From Chloroflexota bacterium (GTDB taxonomy: Bacteria; Chloroflexota; Dehalococcoidia; Lucifugimonadales; G022566795): DNA of 48,765 nt. The position numbers and the translations under genes are program-made. Of this stretch, positions 9,649 to 18,775 are shown piece after piece; position 1 is the first letter of the stretch, and each line of letters begins with the position of its first letter. Below the pieces are notes generated by a model. That model saw only the letters and a program-made list of their open reading frames with translations. It made no database searches and was not told where the DNA came from. The DNA lies in the NCBI GenBank assembly GCA_022566795.1, contig JADFIF010000005.1, positions 1-48,765 on the forward strand, written 5' to 3'.

Positions 9649-10644
9649 CTAGAGGGCCGTTATGGGACGGCTTTGCAGGAGGCTGAGCTCGTCGCCCTCA
9701 AAGGACCACTCGATGTCCTGCGGAGCACCGTAATGCTCTTCGAGCCGGCGGCCCATCTCCGCCAGCCGCCTCACCTGGTCTCCGGAAATCGACGGAGCGT
9801 TCACGCGCTCCGGTGCAACCGGCTCTTCGACCGTCCCGCCTCCGTCCGCCAGGGCGATCATGACGGTCTTGCTCGCCACCTGCAGGGTCTTGAGCTTCAG
9901 GTCCTGCTTGGCCACCACGATGTTGTCGGGGGTGACCATGCCCGACACGACGGCTTCACCCAACCCCCAGCACGCGTTTATGACCATTTCGGAGGCGTCG
10001 CCGGTGACCGGGTTGACGGTAAACATCACTCCCGAGGCCGTGGAGCGGACCATCTGTTGCACGACAACGGCCATCAGCGCATTCATGTGGTCGAAGTGCA
10101 GGCGGTCCCTGTAGTGGATGGCATTGGAGTTCCACAGCGAGGCCCAGCACCGTTGCACGGCCGCGGCAACGGCCTCGTGCCCGACGACGTTGAGGTACGT
10201 ATCGTGCTGGCCTGCGAAGCTGGCGTTGGGCAGGTCCTCGGCGGTCGCCGACGAGCGCACCGAGACCTGCGGCAAGGTGCCAGGCGAGACCGACGCAGCG
10301 GAGACGAGCTGGCTTGTCAGCGCTCCGTAGGCGCTCTCGATCTCCTGGCGGATGTTTCGGGTCATCGGGGCTTCGAGGATTGTCTTCTGTATGCTCCCCG
10401 AGACCTCGCCCATCGCCGCGAAGTCAGTCGGGTCGAAGTCCTTGACCAGATTGACTATCCGGCCCTCCAGCTCATTGTCCTGGAGAAACTGCAGGTAAGC
10501 GTCCGCCGCGACGGTGAACCCCAGGGGCACCGGGAAGCCGGCGGACACCATCCTGGCCAGACTGGCGCCCTTGCCGCCGATTCTGGCCACGTCGGCCGTC
10601 TGCGCCAGTGAAGGAGTCAGGGGCCCGAACTCAAAATTCGCCAC
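9649..10644 (-). CDS. Stand-alone PEP/pyruvate-binding (PPDK_N, ATP-grasp) domain protein
   Basis: GGKGASL, VP.GF, VRSSATAEDL..ASFAGQHDT, SGVMFT.NP, WGLGEAVVSG, PQDIEW, LLQSRPIT then stop. Confidence 0.88.
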   Translation of the reverse strand: MANFEFGPLTPSLAQTADVARIGGKGASLARMVSAGFPVPLGFTVAADAYLQFLQDNELEGRIVNLVKDFDPTDFAAMGEVSGSIQKTILEAPMTRNIRQEIESAYGALTSQLVSAASVSPGTLPQVSVRSSATAEDLPNASFAGQHDTYLNVVGHEAVAAAVQRCWASLWNSNAIHYRDRLHFDHMNALMAVVVQQMVRSTASGVMFTVNPVTGDASEMVINACWGLGEAVVSGMVTPDNIVVAKQDLKLKTLQVASKTVMIALADGGGTVEEPVAPERVNAPSISGDQVRRLAEMGRRLEEHYGAPQDIEWSFEGDELSLLQSRPITAL

Positions 10645-10675
10645 AATGCTCTGTCGCTCCGGAGGACCGCGTGGA

Positions 10676-12004
10676 TCAGTCGTCGCCGGTGGCCGTGGTC
10701 TGGTAGCCGGGGCCGCCCGCCGCGATAGATTGCTCTGTGCGCAGCAGCAGAGAGCCGATGTTGCGTACGCGGCTGTTTACTAGCGCCGGGCCTAAGGCGA
10801 ACACGGACACGACCAGGCCGCCTATGGCGATCGCAACCGGAACGCCAACCGCGCTCGCCATGGCGCCTGCCTGCATCCCGCCAAGGGGCATGATGCTCCA
10901 CGTCATGCCGTAAAAGCCCATTACGCGGCCCCGCATCCTATCGGGCACCATCATCTGCAGCGAGCTCATGATCGAGATCATGTAGGTCGAGCTAGAGATT
11001 CCCATCGCGAACATCAGGAACAGGGCGAGGGCGTACGAGCCCACGTATTTCGAGGTCAGGCCGAAGGCGGCAACGCTCAACCCGAACACGACCGCGCCGC
11101 CGATCAGCAGCAGTCCCTTGCGCCGGAAGTTTCCTATCGAGCCAAGCAGCAGCGTGGTCATGAGCGCGCCCACACCGCCGACGCTTAACAGAATGCCCTG
11201 CCCATCGGCTCCCACTTTCAGAATGTCCACCGCGAAGACCGGCATCATCATGATGTAGGCCATGCCGAAGAAGCTGTTGAAGAATGTCATGCCGATCAGG
11301 AACGAGAAGATCGAGTTCCGCTTGATGAACTTGAGACCCTCCAGCATGTCCTGGGCCGCGCTGCCCGTGGCGCCACGCTCGATGGGCGGGACGCGAAGAC
11401 CCGAGATGACGGCGGCCATGATGACGAAGCCCATCCCCGCCAGGAAGAACGTGACGGCTGTTCCTGTCGCGGCGATGATGAGGCCCGCAGCGGCGGGCGC
11501 GGCGATCCGCGTCCCCTGCCATATCGACGAGTTCATTGCCACGGCGCTCATCATTACCTTGCGGTCGATCAAGTGGGGATAGAGCGCCTGGCGCGCCGGC
11601 TGATCGAAGGCGTTGACCGCCCCCGTCACGAAGGCGATGGCCAGGACGTGCCAGACCTCCACCAGCTCTAAGACCGTGATTGTGGCAAGCAAGAATATGA
11701 GCAGTGCCGACATGGCCTGCGTGACCATTATCAGGCGGCGCTTGTCTAGCCTGTCGGCAAAGACGCCGCCGAACAGGTTCAGGGCGATGGCGGGAAGGGC
11801 GGTGGCCAGCCCGACGTAGCCCAAGAATAGCGGCGACTCCGTAAGCTCGTGGACCAGCCAAAGCTGGCCGAATGTCAGCATCTGGTAGCCGCTGACGGAG
11901 GCCAGAGTTCCGAGCCAGTAGGCGCGGTACGCTGGGTACTTCAGCGCCGGTGGGAACGAGAATATCGACCCACCAGGGGTTTTTGTATCGGTGCGTTCGG
12001 TCAA
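10676..12004 (-). CDS. MFS transporter (EntS/MFS_3-like)
   Basis: About 12 hydrophobic segments, GGVFADRLDKRR motif A, MRGRVMG. Confidence 0.9.
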   Translation of the reverse strand: MTERTDTKTPGGSIFSFPPALKYPAYRAYWLGTLASVSGYQMLTFGQLWLVHELTESPLFLGYVGLATALPAIALNLFGGVFADRLDKRRLIMVTQAMSALLIFLLATITVLELVEVWHVLAIAFVTGAVNAFDQPARQALYPHLIDRKVMMSAVAMNSSIWQGTRIAAPAAAGLIIAATGTAVTFFLAGMGFVIMAAVISGLRVPPIERGATGSAAQDMLEGLKFIKRNSIFSFLIGMTFFNSFFGMAYIMMMPVFAVDILKVGADGQGILLSVGGVGALMTTLLLGSIGNFRRKGLLLIGGAVVFGLSVAAFGLTSKYVGSYALALFLMFAMGISSSTYMISIMSSLQMMVPDRMRGRVMGFYGMTWSIMPLGGMQAGAMASAVGVPVAIAIGGLVVSVFALGPALVNSRVRNIGSLLLRTEQSIAAGGPGYQTTATGDD

Positions 12005-12051
12005 GCTGCTCCGTGAGGGCGTAACCAGTCTCGGCGCTCGTCCAAGCTACG

Positions 12052-12273
12052 CTACTCTTCCCTTAGCGGAATGCGGCCCCAAGTCACGTCGTCGGGGTCC
12101 TCAGCAAGAGACGCTTCCCTGATGACGTCGCGGATCTTCAGAAGGGTAGCATTCACCTCGTCGGTGACGTACACCCAGTCCGGCTCCTCGGGAAACCAGT
12201 AGGGCGACGTGATGCGCACTACTTTCTTGTCGCCGGGGTTGAGGTAGATGCCGAATTTGGACGCGCTGGTCAT
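12052..12273 (-). CDS. Hypothetical protein (73 aa)
   Basis: ATG with AGGAG RBS, protein-like composition, co-oriented with neighbours. Confidence 0.7.
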   Translation of the reverse strand: MTSASKFGIYLNPGDKKVVRITSPYWFPEEPDWVYVTDEVNATLLKIRDVIREASLAEDPDDVTWGRIPLREE

Positions 12274-12408
12274 CGGCGGCTCCTACGCCACCCAACGTTA
12301 GCATACTCGGGAAAGGGCCTTCAACCTCCGAAGGGACGTCGAGCGCTGGCGAGCAGTCCGATTCAAGCCGATGTGCCCGTGGGAATCACCCGCCTTCGGA
12401 GCGGTGCG

Positions 12409-12441
12409 TGGAGGTAGCGGGGATTTGAAACCCGCCCTCCA
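12409..12441. repeat. REP-like hairpin or possible terminator downstream of glmS
   Basis: tggaggtagcggggatttgaaacccgccctcca: tggagg/cctcca and gcggg/cccgc stems. Confidence 0.4.
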
Positions 12442-12482
12442 AAACCTGCTCGACGCACTACGCAGATCGCGGCGAGCAGGGG

Positions 12483-14327
12483 CTACTCGACGGTCACCGA
12501 CTTGGCCAGGTTGCGTGGCTGGTCGACGTCGCATCCACGCCGAACCGCGATGTGGTAGGCGAGAAGCTGAAGAGGAATCGCCATGAGCATCGGAGTGATC
12601 TCGGCTGAGGCCGCCGGGATGTAGATCACGTCGTCGGCCTTCGATGCAATTTCGTCATCGCCTTCCGTCGCGATGGCGATGACGATCCCTCCCCGGGCCT
12701 TGACCTCGTTGATGTTGTTGAACATCTTCTCGTAGAGGCCGTCCCGTGGGATGAGCGCGACAACCGGCATGTTCTCGTCGATGAGCGAGATGGGGCCGTG
12801 CTTCATCTCGCCGGCCGGGTACCCCTCGGCGTGGATGTAGCTGATCTCCTTCAGCTTGAGGGCCCCCTCCATGGCCATGGGGTAGTTGAGCCCTCTCCCC
12901 AAGAAGAGAAAGTCGTGGTGCTTGGAGTATCGGTGCGCCAGGGCCTCGTAGCCCGCTTCGTCGGAGAGCATCGACCCCAGCATATTGGGAAGCTGAGCGA
13001 GCTCGCCCACGAGCTTGTCTGAACGCTCTTTGCTCAGTGCGCCCCGCTTCATTCCAAGGTGGAGTGAAAGCAGGTACAGCGTCGTGAGAGAGCAGAGGAA
13101 GGTCTTGCTCGCGGCGACGCCGATCTCCAGTCCCGCGCGAATGAGCGTGGTGCCCTCGGCTATTCGCGTCGTCTGAGTTCCGGGGTAGTTGCACAGCGTG
13201 TGCTGCCGCGCCCCTTTGCGCGCGGCCTCCTCCATAGCCGCCAGCGTATCGGCCGTCTCGCCCGACTGGCAGACGGAGATCACCAGCGTGCGGTCGTCGA
13301 TGACCGGGTCCCTATATCGAAACTCGGAGGAGTTGTCGGCCTCAGCGGGGATGCGGGCGAGCGACTCCATCCACGTGCGGGCCACCATCGCCGCGTGCAG
13401 GCTCGTGCCCATGCCCAGTAGCACGACCCGCTCGAAGCCCTTTATCTCAGCACCGGAGAATGGGAAGTCGTCCAGGTCGACACTCATGGTATCGAACAAC
13501 GCCCGCCCGCGCAGGGTGTCGATGATCGTCTCGGGCTGCTCGTGGATCTCCTTGAGCATGAAGTGCTTGAACTCGCCCTTGGCGGCCGACAGGGCGTCGT
13601 AGGGCACGTGTGTCGGGGTCTTGGGCAGCGGCGATCCATCGATCGAGGTGTAGTGCGCGCCGGCCTCGGTCACCGTGACGGTCTCGCCTCCGGCGAGGTA
13701 GGCCACCCGCCGGGTATGAGGCAGCAGTGCCGGCAGGTCGCTGGCGACGAGCATCTCGCCCTCCCCGTAGCCCACCACTATCCCGCCCGCGTTGCCGACC
13801 TTGAATCCGACGATCTTCCCCGGGTCCCGCTTCGAGATCACAACGACGGCGTTGGCGCCGCGGATGCGGCCTGCGGTCTTGCGGACAGCCTCTTCAAAGG
13901 AGTACTCGTCTCGCATGAAGGTCTCGATGAGGTGGGGAATACACTCCGCATCCGTCTGAGACGAGAACTCGTGGCCGTTTTCGATCAGCTCTCGCCTCAG
14001 CTCGACGTAGTTCTCCACGATGCCGTTGTGCACGACCATCACGTCATTGCCGCAGTCCACGTGTGGGTGGGCATTGTAGTCGGTCGGACCGCCGTGGGTC
14101 GCCCATCTCGTGTGCCCTATGCCGATCGTCCCCGGGGGCAGGCTGCCGTCGAGAGACTCCTTCAGCCGCGACAGCTTGCCCGAGGTGCGATGAACCTCAG
14201 GTTGCCCCGAGGGTGAGATTACGGCGATTCCGGCGCTATCGTATCCTCGATACTCCAGAGTCGACAGGCCATCGAGGAGGATTGGCGCCGCGGGCCTCTG
14301 TCCCACGTAGCCGATGATTCCACACAT
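12483..14327 (-). CDS. glmS: Glutamine--fructose-6-phosphate transaminase (isomerizing)
   Basis: MCGI N-terminus, EYRGYDSAG, GHTRWATHG, EGALKLKEISYIHAEG, PRNLAKSVTVE. Confidence 0.98.
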   Translation of the reverse strand: MCGIIGYVGQRPAAPILLDGLSTLEYRGYDSAGIAVISPSGQPEVHRTSGKLSRLKESLDGSLPPGTIGIGHTRWATHGGPTDYNAHPHVDCGNDVMVVHNGIVENYVELRRELIENGHEFSSQTDAECIPHLIETFMRDEYSFEEAVRKTAGRIRGANAVVVISKRDPGKIVGFKVGNAGGIVVGYGEGEMLVASDLPALLPHTRRVAYLAGGETVTVTEAGAHYTSIDGSPLPKTPTHVPYDALSAAKGEFKHFMLKEIHEQPETIIDTLRGRALFDTMSVDLDDFPFSGAEIKGFERVVLLGMGTSLHAAMVARTWMESLARIPAEADNSSEFRYRDPVIDDRTLVISVCQSGETADTLAAMEEAARKGARQHTLCNYPGTQTTRIAEGTTLIRAGLEIGVAASKTFLCSLTTLYLLSLHLGMKRGALSKERSDKLVGELAQLPNMLGSMLSDEAGYEALAHRYSKHHDFLFLGRGLNYPMAMEGALKLKEISYIHAEGYPAGEMKHGPISLIDENMPVVALIPRDGLYEKMFNNINEVKARGGIVIAIATEGDDEIASKADDVIYIPAASAEITPMLMAIPLQLLAYHIAVRRGCDVDQPRNLAKSVTVE

Positions 14328-14457
14328 AACCCGCCTCTTCTTGCGAACAGCCGCTATGCCTTGCTACCGGTTCGCCGATTTTCTAGCCAAACGGGCCCGC
14401 CGTAACTGTAGTGTCCAAACGCGCGGAGCTTAAACCTTCACGTCTGTTCAAGCCCGT

Positions 14458-15168
14458 TCACGAAGGAGCAGCATCCGCGTTGCCGACCTTTGCCGGATCC
14501 GGCTCGAGAGATGCCCGCCCCGATGTGGTACGGGCGTAGACGCCTCGATGACTCTCTGGCAGCAGATCGGCGATGCGACCCATGACCATCTCGGTGAGGG
14601 AGTCGAGCTCTTCATCCTTCGGCTTACCCTCCGGCGCCGGAAGGGTAAACGGCTCGCCTATCCTCACGCGCAGCTTCGCCGTTGGGTTAAAGACTCGCCC
14701 AACGTTGTTGAGGTGCTCGGTCCCGGTTATTCCGATAGGAATGAGGGGGGCTCGCGTCCGCAGAGCCACTTGCACGACGCCTGGCTTGGCCCTGCGCATA
14801 GCGCCGGGGTTGCGAGTCCCTTCAGGGAACAGGACCACAGCCTCGCCGCTTTCGAGCTTGCGCAATATCCATCGCAGGGCGCGGATATCACCTTCCTGGC
14901 GGCGCAGTGGGAAGGCGCCCCAAGAGCCCAGGAACCATCGGATAATCGGTCCCTTGAAGATGCCGGCCTTTGCCAGGAACCAGGTGTGCCTTTTCAGGAC
15001 GGCGGCCAGCAGGGGTGGGTCGATGTTGCTCTGGTGATTGGCCACGATGATCAGCGGCCCTGTCGTGGGCAAGTTCCCCTCGCCCGATACCTCGAGGTCG
15101 GCAAAGAGCCGGAGACTCAGCCTTTGCACGGCGGTGCATATAGGCCGGACGATGGGGGTTATCATCAA
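14458..15168 (-). CDS. plsC: 1-acyl-sn-glycerol-3-phosphate acyltransferase
   Basis: NHQSNID (HX4D), FLAK, FPEGTR; overlaps the cmk stop codon. Confidence 0.88.
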   Translation of the reverse strand: MMITPIVRPICTAVQRLSLRLFADLEVSGEGNLPTTGPLIIVANHQSNIDPPLLAAVLKRHTWFLAKAGIFKGPIIRWFLGSWGAFPLRRQEGDIRALRWILRKLESGEAVVLFPEGTRNPGAMRRAKPGVVQVALRTRAPLIPIGITGTEHLNNVGRVFNPTAKLRVRIGEPFTLPAPEGKPKDEELDSLTEMVMGRIADLLPESHRGVYARTTSGRASLEPDPAKVGNADAAPS

Positions 15169-15833
15169 CCGGACTCGACTTTGGAGACGATAATCTCAAC
15201 TACCTCACCGATGCCAAGGCGATCGGTTTCTATGGTCGTGGCGTCGTCGTCGGGCTTCAACGGCGAGTCATCGCGCCCTGCATCTATTTTATCACGGTGG
15301 CTCAACGCGGCCATGACCTCGTCGCGGTCTGCGGGTTGCCCTCTCTCTTCTAGCTCACGGTGACGGCGCTGCGCGCGAACCTCGGCCGACGCCGTCAAGA
15401 AGATCTTGGCCTTCGCCTCTGGAAGAACCACCGTGCCGATGTCGCGGCCCACCATGACGATCGACGCTTCCCTGGCTATCGCACGCTGTTGTTGCACCAT
15501 GACGGACCGTACGGCGGGCACCGCGGAGACCTCGGAAACGCTGCCGTCAACCAGAGGGCTGCGTAGCTCGTCCGTGATGTCCCGGCCGTCTACGAGGAGC
15601 CTGTCGCCTGCGTCTCCCCAGACTACGGTAATCTCCAGGCTCGACACGAGTCTCGCGATAGCGTCCTCGTCTCGGATATCGACTCCGGCGCGTATCGCCG
15701 CTAGGGTCGCGGCCCGATACATCATACCGGTGTCCAGAAACCGCACCCCGAGCCTTTCGGCGAGCCGCCGACCAACGGCGGACTTGCCTGAGGCAACGGG
15801 CCCATCGATTGCTATGGAAATTGGGCTAGTCAC
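15165..15833 (-). CDS. cmk: Cytidylate kinase
   Basis: IAIDGPVASGKS, LDTG.MYRA, GRDIGTVV.P.A..K.FLTAS..RA.RR. Confidence 0.96.
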   Translation of the reverse strand: MTSPISIAIDGPVASGKSAVGRRLAERLGVRFLDTGMMYRAATLAAIRAGVDIRDEDAIARLVSSLEITVVWGDAGDRLLVDGRDITDELRSPLVDGSVSEVSAVPAVRSVMVQQQRAIAREASIVMVGRDIGTVVLPEAKAKIFLTASAEVRAQRRHRELEERGQPADRDEVMAALSHRDKIDAGRDDSPLKPDDDATTIETDRLGIGEVVEIIVSKVESG

Positions 15834-15895
15834 TATTCGTCGGCCTATGATGAACGTCTGCGACTGCAGCCAAACGTCTCACGAGAGATAAAGCG

Positions 15896-15925
15896 ATTAT
15901 AGGAGGGTCTTCGCGCCGCTAGCAA
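15896..15925 (-). promoter_or_regulatory. Putative sigma70 promoter for cmk-plsC
   Basis: TTGCTA-N18-TATAAT on the minus strand. Confidence 0.55.
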
Positions 15926-15962
15926 GGAGATAACGTTGGCCCTCCGCTTCGATTCAATCCTG

Positions 15963-17297
15963 CTACGGCAAAACTCCCTGGCGAAAGTCGGCGTCGTAAT
16001 CGAGGATGCGGCCCAGGCTCTTCTGGGCCTCAAGCGACACTACCGATGGGGCGCTGTGCCTGACCGGCGCATATCCGATGACCCCGTCCTGCTCCAACGA
16101 TTCGATCTCCCGCTCTGTCCGGCCGAGCATGCCGGACAACACGAGCCGGTTATGCTCGCCCATCGTTGGCGCTGGGGTGCGAGCGACGCCGGGAGTCTTG
16201 GAGAATCGCCAGGGCCGGCTAGGGTAGGGGAGCGGCGGCATCTGGGTGCTGGAGTGATGGGCCATAGTCTCGAAAAAGCCGCGGTCCCGCAGGTGGGCGT
16301 CCGCCAAGAGCTCTTTGCCGTTAAGGACGGCGCCGGCCGGCACGCCCTTGGCCTGAAGGGCGTGCATGAGCTTGATGTGGTCCCAGGGCCGGGTGGCGTC
16401 GTCGACGAAGGCGTCCAGATCTCGGCTATGCCTCCACCTCGACAGTGTGTCGGCGAACCTAGCGTCCTCGGCCCAAGCGGGCTGATTAAGAACGGCGCAA
16501 AGCGACCGCCACTGGGCGTCAGTCGCCACGGCGATGGCGATCCACTTGTCGCGTCCCGAGCACCTGTAGTTGCCGTGGGGCGCCATCGTCGAATCCGCGT
16601 TCCCGCGGCGAGGCTGTACGCGTCCGTTGACCGTGTAGTCGAGCAGTGCCTCGGGAATCGTCGAGCTCACCGTCTCGGTCTGAGAAACGTCGATTCGCTG
16701 GCCCTTACCGGTGCGTGCCCGGTGGGTCAAGGCCGCCATGATGGCGAAGACCGTGTGCTCCGCCGCGACGTAGTCTGCGTAGGGGATCTCTGGCACCACC
16801 GGTGGACCGTCCTCATAGCCGGTCATGTACGCGAGGCCCGACGCGGCCTCGGTGGCGTACCCGATGGCGCCGAGCTCCGCCCACGGCCCGGTCTGGCCGT
16901 AACCGGTCGACGAGACCATGATGATGTCCGGCCTTATCTTGCGGAGGTCTTCGTAGGTGAGTCGGAAGTTGCGCACGACGCGGGGCGTAAAGTTCTCCGC
17001 GAACACGTCGCTGACGGCGACCAGGTCGCCGAGTACCTGGCGGCCGGCGGGCAGGCTGAGGTCGAGGGTGACCCCGAGCTTGTTTCGATTCTGCTCGTAG
17101 AAGTTGGCGCAGCGATTCCAAAACGCCCCGTCAACCGAGTTCTCGTAGAACGACGACGCCCGATAGTTCTCGAGACGCCCGCACGACTCGATGCGCACGA
17201 CCTCCGCTCCCATGTCCGACAGCAGTTTGATGGCATGGGGAATGGCGATGAGCTGGCCCATCTCCGTGATGCGGACCCCTGAAAGAGGAAGCGTCAT
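15963..17297 (-). CDS. Class III CoA-transferase (CaiB/BaiF), subunit retaining the catalytic Asp
   Basis: PLSGVRI, GAEVVRIE, NRNKLGVTLDL, ENFTP, GYGQTGP, PYADY. Confidence 0.9.
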   Translation of the reverse strand: MTLPLSGVRITEMGQLIAIPHAIKLLSDMGAEVVRIESCGRLENYRASSFYENSVDGAFWNRCANFYEQNRNKLGVTLDLSLPAGRQVLGDLVAVSDVFAENFTPRVVRNFRLTYEDLRKIRPDIIMVSSTGYGQTGPWAELGAIGYATEAASGLAYMTGYEDGPPVVPEIPYADYVAAEHTVFAIMAALTHRARTGKGQRIDVSQTETVSSTIPEALLDYTVNGRVQPRRGNADSTMAPHGNYRCSGRDKWIAIAVATDAQWRSLCAVLNQPAWAEDARFADTLSRWRHSRDLDAFVDDATRPWDHIKLMHALQAKGVPAGAVLNGKELLADAHLRDRGFFETMAHHSSTQMPPLPYPSRPWRFSKTPGVARTPAPTMGEHNRLVLSGMLGRTEREIESLEQDGVIGYAPVRHSAPSVVSLEAQKSLGRILDYDADFRQGVLP

Positions 17298-18500
17298 CTA
17301 GATGACTCCCGACGCGCGCATCCGTGGTAGCTGTGCCGCTGGGTAGCCAAGCCGGTCGCAGAGAATCTCGCGATTGTGCTGGCCGAGGGTGGGGGCGGGC
17401 GACCTGGCGCTCCACGGCGTGCCGCTCATAGCAAAGGGCGCACCCGGGCTCTTCACTGCACCCATCGCGGGATGTTCGATGTCTACAAAGTAGCTTCGCG
17501 CCTGGTACTGGGGGCTCTCGACGAGGTCCTGGGGGCTGTGGACCACCCCATAGATGAAGCCGCGACGCTCGTGCGCCGAGCGGAAGAGATCAGACGAGTC
17601 TTGCCTCTCGAAGGCCGCGCGAGTCACCTCGTCGAGCTCGGAGGCGTTTTGCCGTCGCAGCTCCGGGGTGGCGAACTGAGGCTGCAGCAGCTCTGGGGCC
17701 TGGAGCAGCTCGGCGCTGGCCTCCCAGTCCTCGTCGCCGAAGGACACCGGCACGATGTAGCCGTCCCTGGTCTTGGTAGGGCTGCGAGGGATGTCACCGC
17801 TGAACGCCGGCTGTCTCCGGCGTATCGCACCGGTGTACGTGTAGAGCGACGTCGTGTCCCGAAGGCACGACGCCATGCACTCCTGAATCGACACGTCGAT
17901 GTGCTGCCCTTCGCCGCCGCCGTTCCTGGCGTACAGCCCGATTAGCGCGGCCGACGCCGCGTTGGTCCCGGCCTTGAACTGGGCCTGCCGCAGAGCGTGC
18001 TTCAGCGGCGCTCTGTCGTTGGAGCCGAAGATGTAGCTGAGGCCCCCCAAGGCATACTCGATGAGGTCCGTGGCAAGAAAATCCCGGTACGGCCCGCTCT
18101 GGCCGAAGTTGGATATCGAGACGGCCACAAGCTCGGGATTTGCCTTCTCAAGCTGTTGGTAGCTGAGCCCTAACGAGGGCATGACTCGGGGGCTGAAGTT
18201 CTCGACCAGGATGTCCGCTTCGTGCGCGAGCTGCAGCAGGATTCCTCTGCCATCCTCCGATTTGAGGTTGAGGGTGACGCTCTGCTTGCTGGTGTTCAGG
18301 TAAGCAAAGAGCAGGCTCTTCTCCAGGTCGGGCTCGTCGTGGTAGAACGGGGCCATCCTGCGAGCGGGGTCCCCCGTGAGGGGCCGCTCGATCTTGACGA
18401 CGTCCGCGCCGAAGTCCGCGAGAAGCTTGGTGCAGTAGGGCCCCGCGACGTGGTGCGTGAGGTCCAGGACTTTGACGCCGTCGAGGGCTGACTCGGGCAA
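17298..18500 (-). CDS. Class III CoA-transferase (CaiB/BaiF), partner subunit
   Basis: ALDGVKVLDL...AGPYCTKLLADFGADVVKIE, NTSKQSVTLNL, FGQSGPY; abuts the next gene. Confidence 0.9.
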   Translation of the reverse strand: MPESALDGVKVLDLTHHVAGPYCTKLLADFGADVVKIERPLTGDPARRMAPFYHDEPDLEKSLLFAYLNTSKQSVTLNLKSEDGRGILLQLAHEADILVENFSPRVMPSLGLSYQQLEKANPELVAVSISNFGQSGPYRDFLATDLIEYALGGLSYIFGSNDRAPLKHALRQAQFKAGTNAASAALIGLYARNGGGEGQHIDVSIQECMASCLRDTTSLYTYTGAIRRRQPAFSGDIPRSPTKTRDGYIVPVSFGDEDWEASAELLQAPELLQPQFATPELRRQNASELDEVTRAAFERQDSSDLFRSAHERRGFIYGVVHSPQDLVESPQYQARSYFVDIEHPAMGAVKSPGAPFAMSGTPWSARSPAPTLGQHNREILCDRLGYPAAQLPRMRASGVI

Positions 18501-18700
18501 GGGTTGTCGCTCCTGGCGTTCGCTTCGATGGCCTGCTAGGTCGGGACGCTCCCGTGGGCCGGCGATGGGCCGGATGGCAACCCATTATACAGAGCAAGCC
18601 CGCCCACCAGAAGGCGCGTTGCGAGCAGAGCCCGCCGTCATCGCGAAGACCTCATGAACGCGCGGGATGCCGCGAGGGCAGACCCTGGCGGGTCATCGTC

Positions 18701-18729
18701 TTGTCTCGGCTTGTGCGCCCCCGTATAAT
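18701..18729 (+). promoter_or_regulatory. Sigma70 promoter for the dehydrogenase-VOC pair
   Basis: TTGTCT-N17-TATAAT; a divergent TATAAT at 18584-18589 (minus) may serve the CoA-transferases. Confidence 0.7.
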
Positions 18730-18775
18730 CGTGCTGCCCTGGACGGGCGAACGCAACACGAGCGAGGAGGAGCCT

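Noticed and set aside
8533-10611. 692-aa plus-strand ORF and similar long ORFs (543-1451, 15936-17282, 25320-26651, 31424-32659, 39856-41073)
   Set aside because: Antisense shadows of well-supported minus-strand genes in high-GC DNA; no recognisable motifs
12380-12445. Possible tRNA (TTCAAATCC resembles a T-loop or a Sec anticodon arm)
   Set aside because: No cloverleaf, acceptor stem or D-arm can be built; better explained as a REP-like hairpin
14328-14457. glmS ribozyme upstream of glmS
   Set aside because: The conserved AGCGC and GACGAGG core elements were not found in the 130-nt gap
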